Origin: a virus
Direction: 5' to 3' (one strand)
IMG/VR virus record: IMGVR_UViG_2534681605_000002
Location: 1,093 to 65,092 of that record
Length of the DNA: 64,000 bases
Part shown: positions 1-9,858 of the stretch, in pieces
Layout of the letters: every line of letters starts with the position of its first letter
How positions within the stretch are numbered: position 1 is the first letter of the stretch
Program-made: the position numbers and the translations under genes
Notes under the pieces: generated by a model
Databases searched by the model: none
Told to the model about the DNA's origin: nothing
What the model saw: only the letters and a program-made list of their open reading frames with translations

Positions 1-201
1 AAGAAATGGCTGGACAACCAGGAGGTGTGCCTGCTGCTGAAGGTCAGCCCGAGAACCCTGCAGACCCTCCGTGACAACGGCACGCTGGCATACACACAGA
101 TCTGCCACAAGACATATTACAAGCCCGGGGACGTGGAAAGTATCATCCGGATAGTGGAGGAGCGCCGCAAGCGGGCTGAAAGTATGGGAAGGTCGATCTG
201 A
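1..201 (+). CDS. Excisionase-like HTH protein (5' partial)
   Basis: Frame 1 reads KKWLDNQEVCLLLKVSPRTLQTLRDNGTLAYTQICHKTYYK, a typical Bacteroides HTH_17/xis family motif. Confidence 0.8.
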   Translation, partial: KKWLDNQEVCLLLKVSPRTLQTLRDNGTLAYTQICHKTYYKPGDVESIIRIVEERRKRAESMGRSI

Positions 202-244
202 AAGGCCATGAAAAACGAATGTCGAACAAAAAAAAGATCAAGTC

Positions 245-568
245 ATGATGAATACCGATAACCGTCTGCTCACCCGTGAGAGCAGCGAGCATATAAGAGA
301 GTTCTTCTCCACCGTCGAACGTCTCTCCGTTTCCATGGAGCGTCTCTTTGCCGGCAGGTCACCGGCGATGGCGGGCGAGAACTTCTATACGGACCGCGAA
401 CTGGCTGAAAAGCTGAAAGTGAGCCGCCGCAGCCTGCAACAGTACCGTGACAGCGGTCTGCTTGCCTTCACCCGGCTGGGCGGCAAGATACTGTACCGTT
501 CTTCCGACATCGAGAAGCTGCTTGACGGCTGCTACCGGGAGGCGAGAACCAGGCCGGAGGAACTTTAG
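245..568 (+). CDS. Excisionase-like HTH protein
   Basis: YTDRELAEKLKVSRRSLQQYRDSGLLAFTRLGGKILYR motif. Confidence 0.85.
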   Translation: MMNTDNRLLTRESSEHIREFFSTVERLSVSMERLFAGRSPAMAGENFYTDRELAEKLKVSRRSLQQYRDSGLLAFTRLGGKILYRSSDIEKLLDGCYREARTRPEEL

Positions 569-1093
569 AAAAGTTCCGTACGGGATCGTGAATGAAGGGG
601 CGGTCGGTTGTCATACCGGTCGCTCCTTCATTTTCTTTCCACCGGATGAACGACTTTAATTTGCTCGTAAAATACTTATACACAGAGTGTTTTTTTTCTT
701 TATGAATTATGATCCGGTGACAACATTGGCATAACATGGCGGGACATGGAAACATTTTTCCGATATGGCAATAAGATACGGGGATTCCATTATAAAAAAA
801 GACTCTTATTTTATTATGTCATTATGTTATTCTGAAATTGGGGCGGGCCGTTCGTGTACCGGTGGGACGATCCGTTCCCGTAATGGCGGCACATTCCGTA
901 CTGGTATCATTATCCTCCGGCAATGCCGTTTCCCGGTCTTTTCGGAGTGACCTTATGCCGGCCGGTGACAACCGCATGTCCGTGTGTAAACATGGCGGCG
1001 CATAAAAACAGGCACATCCTCCGGGCTTTTGTCCCGTCGGATGCGCCTGTCTCCGTCATGTCATATACAGCCGGACTCCTCCGGCCCATGTCT

Positions 1094-1486
1094 CTATCTG
1101 AGTATCGGATTCGAGAGCAGTATCTTGTAATAGGCCACTCCGCCAATCTCTACCGGCATCCTCGCCATCATGAACTGCACGCTCTTCCTCTCCACCTTCG
1201 CCTGCCGCATGAGCCTCTGCACGATAAACCCCGCCGAGAACCTTGCGCATCTTTTGTCCTTCCAGACGATGAACCCCTCGCTGTCGTCGGCCCGGCAGAT
1301 ATACCAGTCACCCGTCTCGTCGTCGTGGGCGAAGTTCACCCGTCCGCCGCCGAGGATTCCTAATTCGATTGACATCGTCTTTGACAGATAGACAGTCCCC
1401 CTGCTGTCAAGGTTGATGGTCCGCTTACCCTTGTATGTGACTTCCTGCGGACGGGAGTTTTCCCTGTTGTATACTATCAGTGCCAT
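1094..1486 (-). CDS. Hypothetical protein of the conjugative element
   Basis: ORF; start MALIVYN chosen because it lies just downstream of the sigma-like gene. Confidence 0.65.
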   Translation of the reverse strand: MALIVYNRENSRPQEVTYKGKRTINLDSRGTVYLSKTMSIELGILGGGRVNFAHDDETGDWYICRADDSEGFIVWKDKRCARFSAGFIVQRLMRQAKVERKSVQFMMARMPVEIGGVAYYKILLSNPILR

Positions 1487-1524
1487 AATTGTCCTTCTTT
1501 TATCGGTTGAACTGTTTTTGTTTT

Positions 1525-2085
1525 TCAATACATGAAGCTTTCCACCGCCAGCATCTGACTTCTCCATGCGAAACCGCTGTGGGTACGTACCGCGTCCACT
1601 ATCCTGCATACTTTCTGCGATATGGCCGATGCCGAGATACCCATGCATTCCGCCAGCGCCTTGAACGAGAACTGCGCTTCATAGAACCTGAGCATGAACA
1701 TCCGGTATTCCTCGTAGGAGAACTTCTGCCTTACGAAACGCAGTATGTCTCTTACCAGCCGCTCGCACCCGTTCAGGTCGTCCTCGGAAAGGAATTTTGC
1801 CTCCTCGCCACATCGGAGGAAGAAATCATCTTCAGGGTGTGCATACCGGTTCTCCCTTTTAATCTTTATCAGGGCCGCCTTTTTGTAGCATCCGATGAAA
1901 TACGCGTCATAGTCCGTTATGTCCTTTCCGGGAACCAGCACCTGCCTTCTTACGAAAAGGTAGGTGTCATGGAAATTGTCCTCGTCCAGCATTCCGTACC
2001 GGCGTAACGTCCCTCTCAACCTGTCATAGGATTTTGTGAACCACTCGTTGAACAGTCTTTCCTTTTCTGCGCTCTTGTCTGCCAT
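1525..2085 (-). CDS. ECF/sigma-70 family RNA polymerase sigma factor-like protein
   Basis: Region-2-like DEDNFHDTYL and C-terminal HTH FSFKALAECMGISASAISQKV. Confidence 0.7.
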   Translation of the reverse strand: MADKSAEKERLFNEWFTKSYDRLRGTLRRYGMLDEDNFHDTYLFVRRQVLVPGKDITDYDAYFIGCYKKAALIKIKRENRYAHPEDDFFLRCGEEAKFLSEDDLNGCERLVRDILRFVRQKFSYEEYRMFMLRFYEAQFSFKALAECMGISASAISQKVCRIVDAVRTHSGFAWRSQMLAVESFMY

Positions 2086-2792
2086 AACCTTATATTTTTT
2101 TGAGTTATACATGGCCTACACGGGTAGGCATTCTTATTTCTTGTGCTTCCTCCAGTTTGTTTTTCGGCGGTCTCCGGCAAGGCTTGCCGTGAAAAAATAC
2201 GCTCACGCAAAGCGTGAGGAAGATTTTTTCACGAGCAACCAGCCCGCAGGGCCGCCTTGCGGGACCGGCCTGAAAAACAACTATTTTTGCCGCAAGAAAT
2301 GAGGATGACGGATTCCTTCTGTCTATTGCCTGTCCGGTGAGAATCTAAAATACCATGCAGCTTTTCTGTCTTCGGCATACTTGGAGAAATATTCAAGGAT
2401 ATGGAATGAGAACGGCAATACGTGATATTGCAGAAGGAGCGGAAATGGGATTGGAAACAGGAAGCATGTCCGGGCTTTCATGCGGTTTATACGGCAGTGT
2501 TGATTTTGGGGAGGATTACAGGGAAGTGACAGGAAGGTTAGCCGTTCCGGAGAAATTGTATGTGTACGTTTGTTCCTTCTGGAATACGGAGTCTTTTAAA
2601 ATCATGGAAGACCTCATTCGGGAATGTGTTCCGAACAATACCCCGCCACGGAACGGTTATGACACTTGATATCAGGCTGTAAGCCGTTCCGTAGCTTCAG
2701 TATCCCATATCCCATGCATGAATGTGGATCAGGCGGCATTTCACCTCCTTGCCCCGTTTACGGACATGCCGATGCGTTGCCTGCCGGAATTC

Positions 2793-3596
2793 TCATTCAA
2801 GCAGTTTTCGTCCGCCATCATCTTCCAACACACGCATTTGCTGGATGGCTATCCGGTTCAGTCTCACGAGCCGTTCGCCTTGCGGTATGCCCTGGTCTAT
2901 GAATACGGCGTTCAGGTTTTCCATATTGGAGAGGCAGATCAGTTCATTGATGGAGGCATAGTCACGGATATTGCCCTTCAGACCGGGATTCTGCTCACGC
3001 CACATCCTGGCGGTCATCCCGAACATGGCTACGTTGAGCACGTCCGCCTCTTCCGCATAGATGACGCCGGCCTGTGCGGGGGTGACTTCCACCGGTATCA
3101 GGTTCTGCCTGATGGCATCGGTATGTATGCGGTAGTTGATCTTTGACAGTTCCCGTTTCGCACTCCAGCCGAGCTGGGCCTGTTCCTCCTCTTTCAACCG
3201 CTGGAACTCTTTCAGCAGGTACAGCTTGAATTGAGGGGATACCCACGTGGCGAACTCGAACGCGATATCCTTGTGTGCGTAAGTCCCTCCATAGCGTCCG
3301 GCCTTGGCGATGATACCTTTGGAGTTGGTCTTTTCCACCCATTGTTTGACGGAAAGGATGAAACGGTTCAATCCGGCCTCGTTTTTAATTCCCTCGAATT
3401 CGGGGGAATTAAAATCCGGATTGTACATCTCCTCCCATATGCCCAGAAACTCGACGGTATTCTTGTTACGCAACCACTTTTCAATAAGGGCGGGACCGTT
3501 TTCCATATTGCGGACCATGTCGGTCAGGGAGATATAATCCTTGTCATTGTACGTGATGACTGTCACTTCTGTATTTTGGACTTTAATTTTAGCCAT
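2793..3596 (-). CDS. KilA-N domain DNA-binding protein
   Basis: DYISLTDM, WLRNKNTVEFLGIWE, GRYGGTYAHKDIAFEFATW motifs. Confidence 0.92.
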   Translation of the reverse strand: MAKIKVQNTEVTVITYNDKDYISLTDMVRNMENGPALIEKWLRNKNTVEFLGIWEEMYNPDFNSPEFEGIKNEAGLNRFILSVKQWVEKTNSKGIIAKAGRYGGTYAHKDIAFEFATWVSPQFKLYLLKEFQRLKEEEQAQLGWSAKRELSKINYRIHTDAIRQNLIPVEVTPAQAGVIYAEEADVLNVAMFGMTARMWREQNPGLKGNIRDYASINELICLSNMENLNAVFIDQGIPQGERLVRLNRIAIQQMRVLEDDGGRKLLE

Positions 3597-3959
3597 GTTC
3601 TTTTAACGGTTATTCGGTTATTATTGGTTCGATGTACAAATGTACGGTGTATTTTCCGGAATGGTCCTCCATATCCGGAAAAGTTTGTGTCACGCCGCCT
3701 GTTGCGACAAGCCGTTTCTACCAAGGAAAGGGCAGGCAATACCGGCTGACGTGGATACAGGCGGAACAACTCGCATATGCAATGCAGAGGGAGCAGGAGA
3801 GCCTTCACCACAGCCGGAGAGGAAAGCGGTCTCATGCCGGGGTACGGCATGAAAAGAGGCTCCCGGACAGTTCTTTTCCTTGTCGCACATGCACTACGTC
3901 GGTCGCAGTTTTCGCCTTCTGAATCCCTTTTACGTCCGTCCCTGCGCTTTCGGAGCGTT

Positions 3960-4003
3960 TTTCCGGTAGAAAATTTCACCATGCGGAAATTTTCTACCGG
4001 AAA
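3960..4003. repeat. Perfect 18-bp inverted repeat with 8-nt spacer downstream of the integrase
   Basis: TTTCCGGTAGAAAATTTC ... GAAATTTTCTACCGGAAA. Confidence 0.85.
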
Positions 4004-4088
4004 CCGAAGGGAAAACGCGGAGTCCCGCAGGGACGGACGAACTTTGATGAGGAAGGGGAAAATCGTCCGTTTCATAAATACCATTTCC

Positions 4089-5336
4089 TCATATGGCATC
4101 GCATATTTCCTTCTCCATCTTTTCCAGCTTATGGGACAGGATTTCCATGTCGCTGCTGATCTTCTGGTTGGTTATCCGGGCATATATCTGGGTGGTTTTC
4201 AAATCCGTATGCCCCAAAAGACGGCTTACGGTCTCGATGGGCACACCGTGCGAGAGCAGCACGGTGGTGGCGTTCGTATGCCGGGCCACATGATAGGTCA
4301 GCCTTATCTTGAAACCGCACTGCCTGCCAAGTTCCTTCAATATGGTGTTGCATCTGCCGTTGCTCGGTACCGGAAATACATGATCGTCCTTGGACAGCCC
4401 CTTGTACTTCTCTATGATGCGCTTGGGAACGTCCAGCAGGCGGATGTTGGACTCGGTGTTTGTCTTGCGCCGGCGGGTGATGATCCAGAGGTTGCCGTCG
4501 AAGAAGGTCTGGAGCCGGTCGGTCGTCAGCGCCTTCACGTCCGCGTATGCCAGTCCGGTGAACACCGAGAAGATGAAGAGGTCACGTACCAGCTCGCAGG
4601 TCCCGCTTTTCACCGGGGCCTCCATCAGCGTCTGTATCTCACGCTCCGTCAAGTAGCCCCGGTCAACGCTCTCGAAGGAGTTGATGTACCCGGCGAAGGG
4701 GTTGAAGGGTAGCGCGCCGCTGTTGCGGGCGATGGAGATGACGTGCTTGAGCCCGATCATGTAACCCCATACGGTATTGGTGCGGCATTTCTTCTCCGTA
4801 CGCAGAAAATACTCGAAGTTGTTGATGAACGTCAGGTTGAGTTCCTTCAGGGGAATGTCGTCACGGCGGTACACTTTCGGGACGAACTCGCAAAGGTGCC
4901 TGTATATGGTACGGTAGCGGTTGTATGTTCCCTGCACGCGGCTGTGTCCCACTTTCTTGATGAACTCCTCGTTGTGCTGCTCGAAGAGTTTCAACAGCGT
5001 CTCGCGTTTTACGCCCAGCCCGAGGCAGGCGTCCCTCAGCCTGGCGGCGGTGACATAGCCGTCGGACTGCATCAGTTCCTGGTAACGGCGGTTCACGTCC
5101 ACGCGTATCCGGTCAACCTCCGCATTGATTTTCTGCGCCTCGGCGCTCTTGCCCGTGGCACGTGCCGTTTTCACGTCCCAAAGTTTCGGAGGTACGTCCA
5201 GTTTACAACTGAACTGCTTGATTTCACCGTCCACCGTAAGACGGCACATTAGGGGGAGATAGCCGTTGGCTCTCTCGCTGCCCTTCTTCACGTAGAAGAG
5301 GATTTTGAAAGTCGATCTGCTCATACTCGTTTTCAT
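4089..5336 (-). CDS. int: Tyrosine site-specific integrase (IntDOT-like)
   Basis: RSTFKILFY arm-binding N-terminus; FTGLAYAD, HVARHT, LGH...TTQIYA catalytic motifs. Confidence 0.95.
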   Translation of the reverse strand: MKTSMSRSTFKILFYVKKGSERANGYLPLMCRLTVDGEIKQFSCKLDVPPKLWDVKTARATGKSAEAQKINAEVDRIRVDVNRRYQELMQSDGYVTAARLRDACLGLGVKRETLLKLFEQHNEEFIKKVGHSRVQGTYNRYRTIYRHLCEFVPKVYRRDDIPLKELNLTFINNFEYFLRTEKKCRTNTVWGYMIGLKHVISIARNSGALPFNPFAGYINSFESVDRGYLTEREIQTLMEAPVKSGTCELVRDLFIFSVFTGLAYADVKALTTDRLQTFFDGNLWIITRRRKTNTESNIRLLDVPKRIIEKYKGLSKDDHVFPVPSNGRCNTILKELGRQCGFKIRLTYHVARHTNATTVLLSHGVPIETVSRLLGHTDLKTTQIYARITNQKISSDMEILSHKLEKMEKEICDAI

Positions 5337-5637
5337 ACTTTTTTGATCGTTACAAAGTTAATATCAAGCGAGTTGTCCTCAGGTATGAAAAACTGTGCAA
5401 ATTACTGAAATAGAACCCGTTGTGCCGTTTCTTATTCCCGTTATATCAGTAACGATATGGGAACTGAAGTCTTTCGCTGTTTTTAGCGGATCTCCTTTTT
5501 CAGCTTATGCAGTATTATGAGTTAAACACCTAACTGCTTAATAGACTGCATTCTTGCTGTATTATCATCAACCTTGCTTTTTCTTGCTGCGTTTACTTTA
5601 TTATTTTATGCAAATATGTAAGTCGCATTTGCTCCAG

Positions 5638-5976
5638 TTACAAAACAGCAACAGCTTTGCGTATGTTATCCAATATCACGGACAACTTACTATCACGCCG
5701 AGCGGTCTGCATATCGTAATTGGATTGCATATTCACCCATATGTAAGCAGGTATTCCGGTTGCCGCCTCAATCTTCAATGCGTATTCGGTGGTTATCGGG
5801 CGTTTGCCGTTTATCACCTCGTTAAGCACGGAATAAGAAACACCAATTACAGCCGCAAATTTCCTTTGCGACATTCCACGTGATTCTAACTCGTCTTTCA
5901 GTATTTCTCCCGGATGTATCGGGGTGGACGGTTGTAGCTCGTGCGGTGCGTAAGTTTTTTTTGTTTCCATATCCAC
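5638..5976 (-). CDS. higA: HigA family antitoxin
   Basis: IHPGEILKDEL...SQRKFAAVIGVS...ITTEYALKIE...WVNMQSNYD. Confidence 0.92.
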   Translation of the reverse strand: MDMETKKTYAPHELQPSTPIHPGEILKDELESRGMSQRKFAAVIGVSYSVLNEVINGKRPITTEYALKIEAATGIPAYIWVNMQSNYDMQTARRDSKLSVILDNIRKAVAVL

Positions 5977-5978
5977 AA

Positions 5979-6296
5979 CTATTTGTAATGATTACTAATA
6001 TCCAGCAAACGGCAGACTGTTACTATTTGCTCATTCATAACATCCCTAACGGTAAATTCAAGTCGGTATTGCCGATTTATCCGCACGGATGAAATACCTT
6101 TCTTATCCCCTTTCAAAACCTCGTAATTGAGTGCATTGTTTCGGAACAAGTCGGTAATGGTATTTGCGGAAGAAAGCACAAAAACTGCCTTTTGATAACC
6201 TCTTATCACTTCTGGCTGGTAGCGGTGCTTTTTGTCGTTCGTTCTACCTTCTGTATAGAGTTCACGCAAATAGTCCTTGTCAAATTCAATAATCAT
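5979..6296 (-). CDS. higB: HigB/RelE family toxin
   Basis: LNYEVLKGDKKGISSVRINRQYRLEF; toxin upstream of antitoxin. Confidence 0.92.
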   Translation of the reverse strand: MIIEFDKDYLRELYTEGRTNDKKHRYQPEVIRGYQKAVFVLSSANTITDLFRNNALNYEVLKGDKKGISSVRINRQYRLEFTVRDVMNEQIVTVCRLLDISNHYK

Positions 6297-6390
6297 ATCT
6301 TTCCGTTCCTTTGTGCAAAGTTACCTTTTTTGCAAATATTCGCAAATTATCGAACACTTTATTTACACTCAGGGGCTACAATCTGGATTT

Positions 6391-6430
6391 CCCCCATCGC
6401 TAAGCATCTAATAAACTTGGTGATGGATTT
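6391..6430 (+). terminator. Hairpin, copy 1 of a direct repeat
   Basis: CCATCGCTAAG-CATCTAATAAA-CTTGGTGATGG followed by a T-run. Confidence 0.7.
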
Positions 6431-6555
6431 TTTTTGCTTCTTTTATAATCGGAATGAACTTCTTTCTATCAATCCCAGGTAAATTGAATTTTGTATTCAG
6501 GGATTTGTTATATTAAAGATTTTAACCATCTTTGCTGCATTAAATAATAATCGTT

Positions 6556-6933
6556 ATGTCCATAACAGGTATTAGAGAACTTCTTTCACGTTCAGATGCA
6601 AGCGGATCAAAATCCACAATATTGAAACCTTTGACATGGTTCTTAGCACTAATAATTGGAGGTATTTTGACATTACTAAAATTTGGATCGCCTATTTGGT
6701 TAACTATAATGCTGGCTGTTATTTTTTGCTTAGGAGTTGCTGTATTCTTTTTTGTTTACATATATTGTTTGATAAATGATAGAGATTCATTAAGAAGTGA
6801 AAAATTTACTATTCAAAAACTGGCTATTGAAAAAGGAATTATGGGTGATGATGTGACTGGAATTGCACCATTATCTAATAATCGTCAACCAAACGAATGT
6901 AACTCTCGACTATCAAAGGAGGATGGAATATGA
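6556..6933 (+). CDS. Two-TM membrane protein
   Basis: Two hydrophobic helices; AT-rich; ATGA overlap with the next gene. Confidence 0.8.
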   Translation: MSITGIRELLSRSDASGSKSTILKPLTWFLALIIGGILTLLKFGSPIWLTIMLAVIFCLGVAVFFFVYIYCLINDRDSLRSEKFTIQKLAIEKGIMGDDVTGIAPLSNNRQPNECNSRLSKEDGI

Positions 6934-7235
6934 AAAAAAGATTTGTAGTTTGTTATAGCGACAACATCCCCAAAGAAAAGGAGATGCATTTTATACAATT
7001 TATAAAAGATAATAAATTGGGGTGGTGGCATTGGATTAGTAATATGTGGCTGTTGGTAGATAGTTCTGGTCAAATGACAGCATCAATACTTAGAGACAAA
7101 ATATGTAAGCTTTATTCTGAAAATCGAGTTATGGTTATTGAATTGGATGGAGATAGAGACACGTGGGCCGGCTTTGGACCAACTCAACCCAAAAATATGT
7201 TTGACTGGATAAAACAAAATTGGGGGAAGGATTGA
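6930..7235 (+). CDS. Small protein, possible ferredoxin-like (Cas2/VapD-like) fold
   Basis: FVVCY...WWHWISNMWLL...LRDKI...VMVIEL pattern; fold assignment is inference. Confidence 0.6.
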   Translation: MKKRFVVCYSDNIPKEKEMHFIQFIKDNKLGWWHWISNMWLLVDSSGQMTASILRDKICKLYSENRVMVIELDGDRDTWAGFGPTQPKNMFDWIKQNWGKD

Positions 7236-7254
7236 ATTTAAATTCCATAACCCA

Positions 7255-7297
7255 GAATTCCCCATCGCTAAGCATCTAAACTTGGTGATGGGGGATT
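7255..7297. terminator. Hairpin, copy 2 of the direct repeat, between convergent genes
   Basis: CCCCATCGCTAAG-CATCTAAA-CTTGGTGATGGGG. Confidence 0.75.
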
Positions 7298-7301
7298 CTC
7301 T

Positions 7302-7541
7302 CTATTTTTTATAGCACAGTTTACAAGCTCGTTTACCTTGTTGTTTAGCCGTTTCCAAAGAAACCAACTTAACTTCCCCTTTACAATTATCCAGTCCTTT
7401 GCAGTTCTTGTTGGAATGGTACACTTTAGCGTATCTACCAGTGCAAATATATACATTTGCCACTTGAGCGGCTCCAGTCAAGGATACCAATAAAGTTACT
7501 ACTAAAAGTAACTTTAATGTCTGTTTAATTTTTGTGTTCAT
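7302..7541 (-). CDS. Secreted small Cys-containing (Ada-like metal-binding) protein
   Basis: Signal peptide; VYICTG..AKVYH...C..L..C...GKRACKLC. Confidence 0.7.
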   Translation of the reverse strand: MNTKIKQTLKLLLVVTLLVSLTGAAQVANVYICTGRYAKVYHSNKNCKGLDNCKGEVKLVSLETAKQQGKRACKLCYKK

Positions 7542-7549
7542 ATAAATTT

Positions 7550-8029
7550 CTATATATCGTTTGAATTACATAAATCATATAATCGCTCATCTTTGTAAGA
7601 TAGCACATATTTATACCTGTCAATAGAAACAAAACACGAGAATACACTTCTTCCTAAGTCATCACAAGCAGATGCACTAATGTCTTTTATATTAAAACAA
7701 TTATATTTATTTACAATTTTCCTGTGAAGTTCCTGTGTGTCATTATTATCATCACTGTAAAATTCTATGCAATAAAATACATTCTTCTTGAAACGAAACA
7801 ATACCTTATCAAAATACACACCTCCAAAAAAGACGCCCTCTACAGCAAGATATGATGCATGTTTTTCAACTTCATAATCCTGTAAAACCAATTTTCCCAT
7901 GATTTCATCATAAGAAGATCCAAAACAACATTCATAAAAACAATCTTGAATTTTATTTGCGTTTGCAGATAAACAAGAGAATAAAATAAAAATTAGATAT
8001 ATAATTATTCGTACCATGATATTTATCAT
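7550..8029 (-). CDS. Secreted hypothetical protein
   Basis: N-terminal signal-like segment; co-oriented downstream of the repressor. Confidence 0.65.
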   Translation of the reverse strand: MINIMVRIIIYLIFILFSCLSANANKIQDCFYECCFGSSYDEIMGKLVLQDYEVEKHASYLAVEGVFFGGVYFDKVLFRFKKNVFYCIEFYSDDNNDTQELHRKIVNKYNCFNIKDISASACDDLGRSVFSCFVSIDRYKYVLSYKDERLYDLCNSNDI

Positions 8030-8193
8030 TGCTTAACCATCTCAATTTTACCTGTGGCTTTATCAATAATACTGCAACCATCTGTTACATGATATCTTAA
8101 ATGGCAGCTCAAAAAATAAGATATTATTACAAATGTCAATGTTGCAATCACCAAGCATATCGCTTTTATTTTTCTATATTTATCTTCATCCAT
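8026..8193 (-). CDS. 55-aa single-TM protein (absent from the ORF track)
   Basis: MDEDKYRKIKAICLVIATLTFVIISYFLSCHLRYHVTDG...; TGA overlaps the ATG of the next gene. Confidence 0.6.
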   Translation of the reverse strand: MDEDKYRKIKAICLVIATLTFVIISYFLSCHLRYHVTDGCSIIDKATGKIEMVKQ

Positions 8194-8203
8194 AATTATA
8201 TAA

Positions 8204-8605
8204 TCACCTTGATTTACTTAACATATTCAACAACTTATCTATCTGTTCATCCTTCTTTTTGAGCAGTTCGTGACACTTGTCCAATGCTTCGAGTAGCTTT
8301 TCTGTTTCGGACTTATTCACCGTTACCGACTGTCCATGGATATTATCCCCATTCTGATTGGTTTGAACAACGGGGCTATTAAACAATTCGCCATCTCCAG
8401 ATTTGATCCATTCAATTGATACTTCAGGAAACGCCTCCTTTATTTTAGCAAACAAATTGTTTGGTATCATGATTTTATTGTTGACAATTTGGGAAATTGT
8501 CGTTTTATCAGAACCAATTCTTTCAACAAAATCTTGCTGATTTCTGACTCTCTTGTTTTCCTTAAGAGAAGTTATCACATTTCTAAATCTCTGATTTTCT
8601 TCCAT
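8204..8605 (-). CDS. CI-like HTH repressor with C-terminal coiled coil
   Basis: NQQDFVERIGSDKTTISQIVN...VSIEWIKSGDGELF; divergent from the Cro-like gene. Confidence 0.8.
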   Translation of the reverse strand: MEENQRFRNVITSLKENKRVRNQQDFVERIGSDKTTISQIVNNKIMIPNNLFAKIKEAFPEVSIEWIKSGDGELFNSPVVQTNQNGDNIHGQSVTVNKSETEKLLEALDKCHELLKKKDEQIDKLLNMLSKSR

Positions 8606-8638
8606 GTAAACATGCTTTAGTATATTTAACCATTTAAT

Positions 8639-8682
8639 TACAAACAAATTGTTTGTAAATACAAACGGTATGTTTATATTTG
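8639..8682 (+). promoter_or_regulatory. Early lytic promoter overlapped by two operator-like palindromes
   Basis: TTTG(8652)-19 nt-TATATTTG(8675) matches the Bacteroides consensus; TACAAACA-AAT-TGTTTGTA (8639-8657) plus an imperfect copy at 8660-8678. Confidence 0.8.
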
Positions 8683-8752
8683 CACCGTGATACTACTCTA
8701 ACAAGTATCACAACGCAACAAAAAAGTTTAATATACAAAAATAATATACATT

Positions 8753-8995
8753 ATGTTAGCGACAAAGCAAAAGCGAAGAAAAAAGACAGTCATTGACGGA
8801 ATAGTAATGCGCCCTGTCTGGACTGAAACATTTAAGAATTTCAAGGTTGGTGAATCAAAGACATTCTACCGACCGGACCTAACCACAACCCAGGCCCGTG
8901 TCATAGCTGCAAGGCTGAACACTTCCACAAACATGAAATTTTCTGTCTCTACTGGAGAGTTGGAAGAATACTGTATTGTAAAACGGGAGGCGTGA
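8753..8995 (+). CDS. Cro-like small DNA-binding protein
   Basis: First gene after the early promoter; resembles 63067-63258. Confidence 0.65.
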   Translation: MLATKQKRRKKTVIDGIVMRPVWTETFKNFKVGESKTFYRPDLTTTQARVIAARLNTSTNMKFSVSTGELEEYCIVKREA

Positions 8996-9203
8996 GTTAT
9001 GGGAACTGCATTCACAAGGGAAGAGTTAATGTCCGATACATTATGGCACATCCGAGAAGATCTACAAGAACAGAGAGCCATCTTACAACGACTGGGATAT
9101 CCTTATCTGAAATGGTTGCAGAAGCAAGGTCTTCTATTCCGAACAAGAAAAGAAGCCAGAGACCTCTGTAATAGTATCAGAGGATTTTTAGGAATGCAAA
9201 AGA

Positions 9204-9443
9204 TTACAACTCCGTGCGAAGAGCTTGATATGTCTCTTCTATCCAAAGAAAAGCAGAAAGATAATACTCAATTGTCTCCTCGGAAATTCCCTTGCTCTGC
9301 ATCGCTGCCTGCCGATCGGAACCAAACGAATGCTGATTGCGACACGCTTCAAGTGCATATTTCACGAACGCACGACGATCATACCAGTTTAGACTTTCAG
9401 GTGAACCTGATAAGAAAGAAATAAATAATTCATTTTCATTCAT
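9204..9443 (-). CDS. Small antisense-oriented moron protein
   Basis: Own TAACTTTG motif at 9472-9479 (minus strand). Confidence 0.65.
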   Translation of the reverse strand: MNENELFISFLSGSPESLNWYDRRAFVKYALEACRNQHSFGSDRQAAMQSKGISEETIEYYLSAFLWIEETYQALRTEL

Positions 9444-9534
9444 ACTGCTTAATTTTTAAAGTTTTCAATCACAAAGTTAAGCAATCCCAGCAGAGGGTAG
9501 TGCCTCCGCTGGGAACAAAAAAACAAACAACCCT

Positions 9535-9831
9535 ATGAACGCAGAAATAACATTCTTCGAGAAATCGGTCACCTACGACAAGTTTGTGACGGATATAGCC
9601 GCCCGTCTCGCTTCATTCATGAAAGAGGACAAAGACGATCCGGAATATATCTCACAGCGGAGAGCGGAAAGAATATACGGACAGGCAAACATACTCCGCT
9701 GGAGAAGATCAGGAGCTATCAAACCAATAATAAGACCGGGTAAGATAGAATATCCAACGGCCCAACTGAAAGAGTTAAGCCGTGTAGACGAGATATTCAT
9801 CAGATGGCAATTGAGCAAAAAGAAAAAATAA
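9535..9831 (+). CDS. Excisionase-like winged-HTH protein
   Basis: DKDDPEYISQRRA..IYG...RWRR.G...RPGKIEY; paralogous to 63277-63591. Confidence 0.7.
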   Translation: MNAEITFFEKSVTYDKFVTDIAARLASFMKEDKDDPEYISQRRAERIYGQANILRWRRSGAIKPIIRPGKIEYPTAQLKELSRVDEIFIRWQLSKKKK

Positions 9832-9858
9832 ACCAACCGTCGGAGTTTTCCGATATCC

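Larger units (their letters stand above)
1..5600. mobile_element. Right-hand (integrase) end of a CTnDOT-like integrative/conjugative element; boundary approximate
   Basis: GC-rich block with tandem excisionase-like HTH genes, KilA-N and a Bacteroides-type tyrosine integrase; composition turns AT-rich upstream of the integrase (~5.35-5.6 kb). Confidence 0.7.

Noticed and set aside
3563-4712. Long ORFs 3777-4712(+) and 3563-4099(-)
   Set aside because: The first is an antisense shadow of the GC-rich integrase; the second crosses the palindrome and has no recognisable motif
6361-6382. tRNA 3'-end att site (CTCAGGGGCTACA)
   Set aside because: Resembles a tRNA tail before a terminator, but no matching copy was seen at the integrase end; unsupported here
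8999-9424. 141-aa plus-strand CDS
   Set aside because: 3' half overlaps the better-supported minus-strand moron; a real 5' portion cannot be excluded
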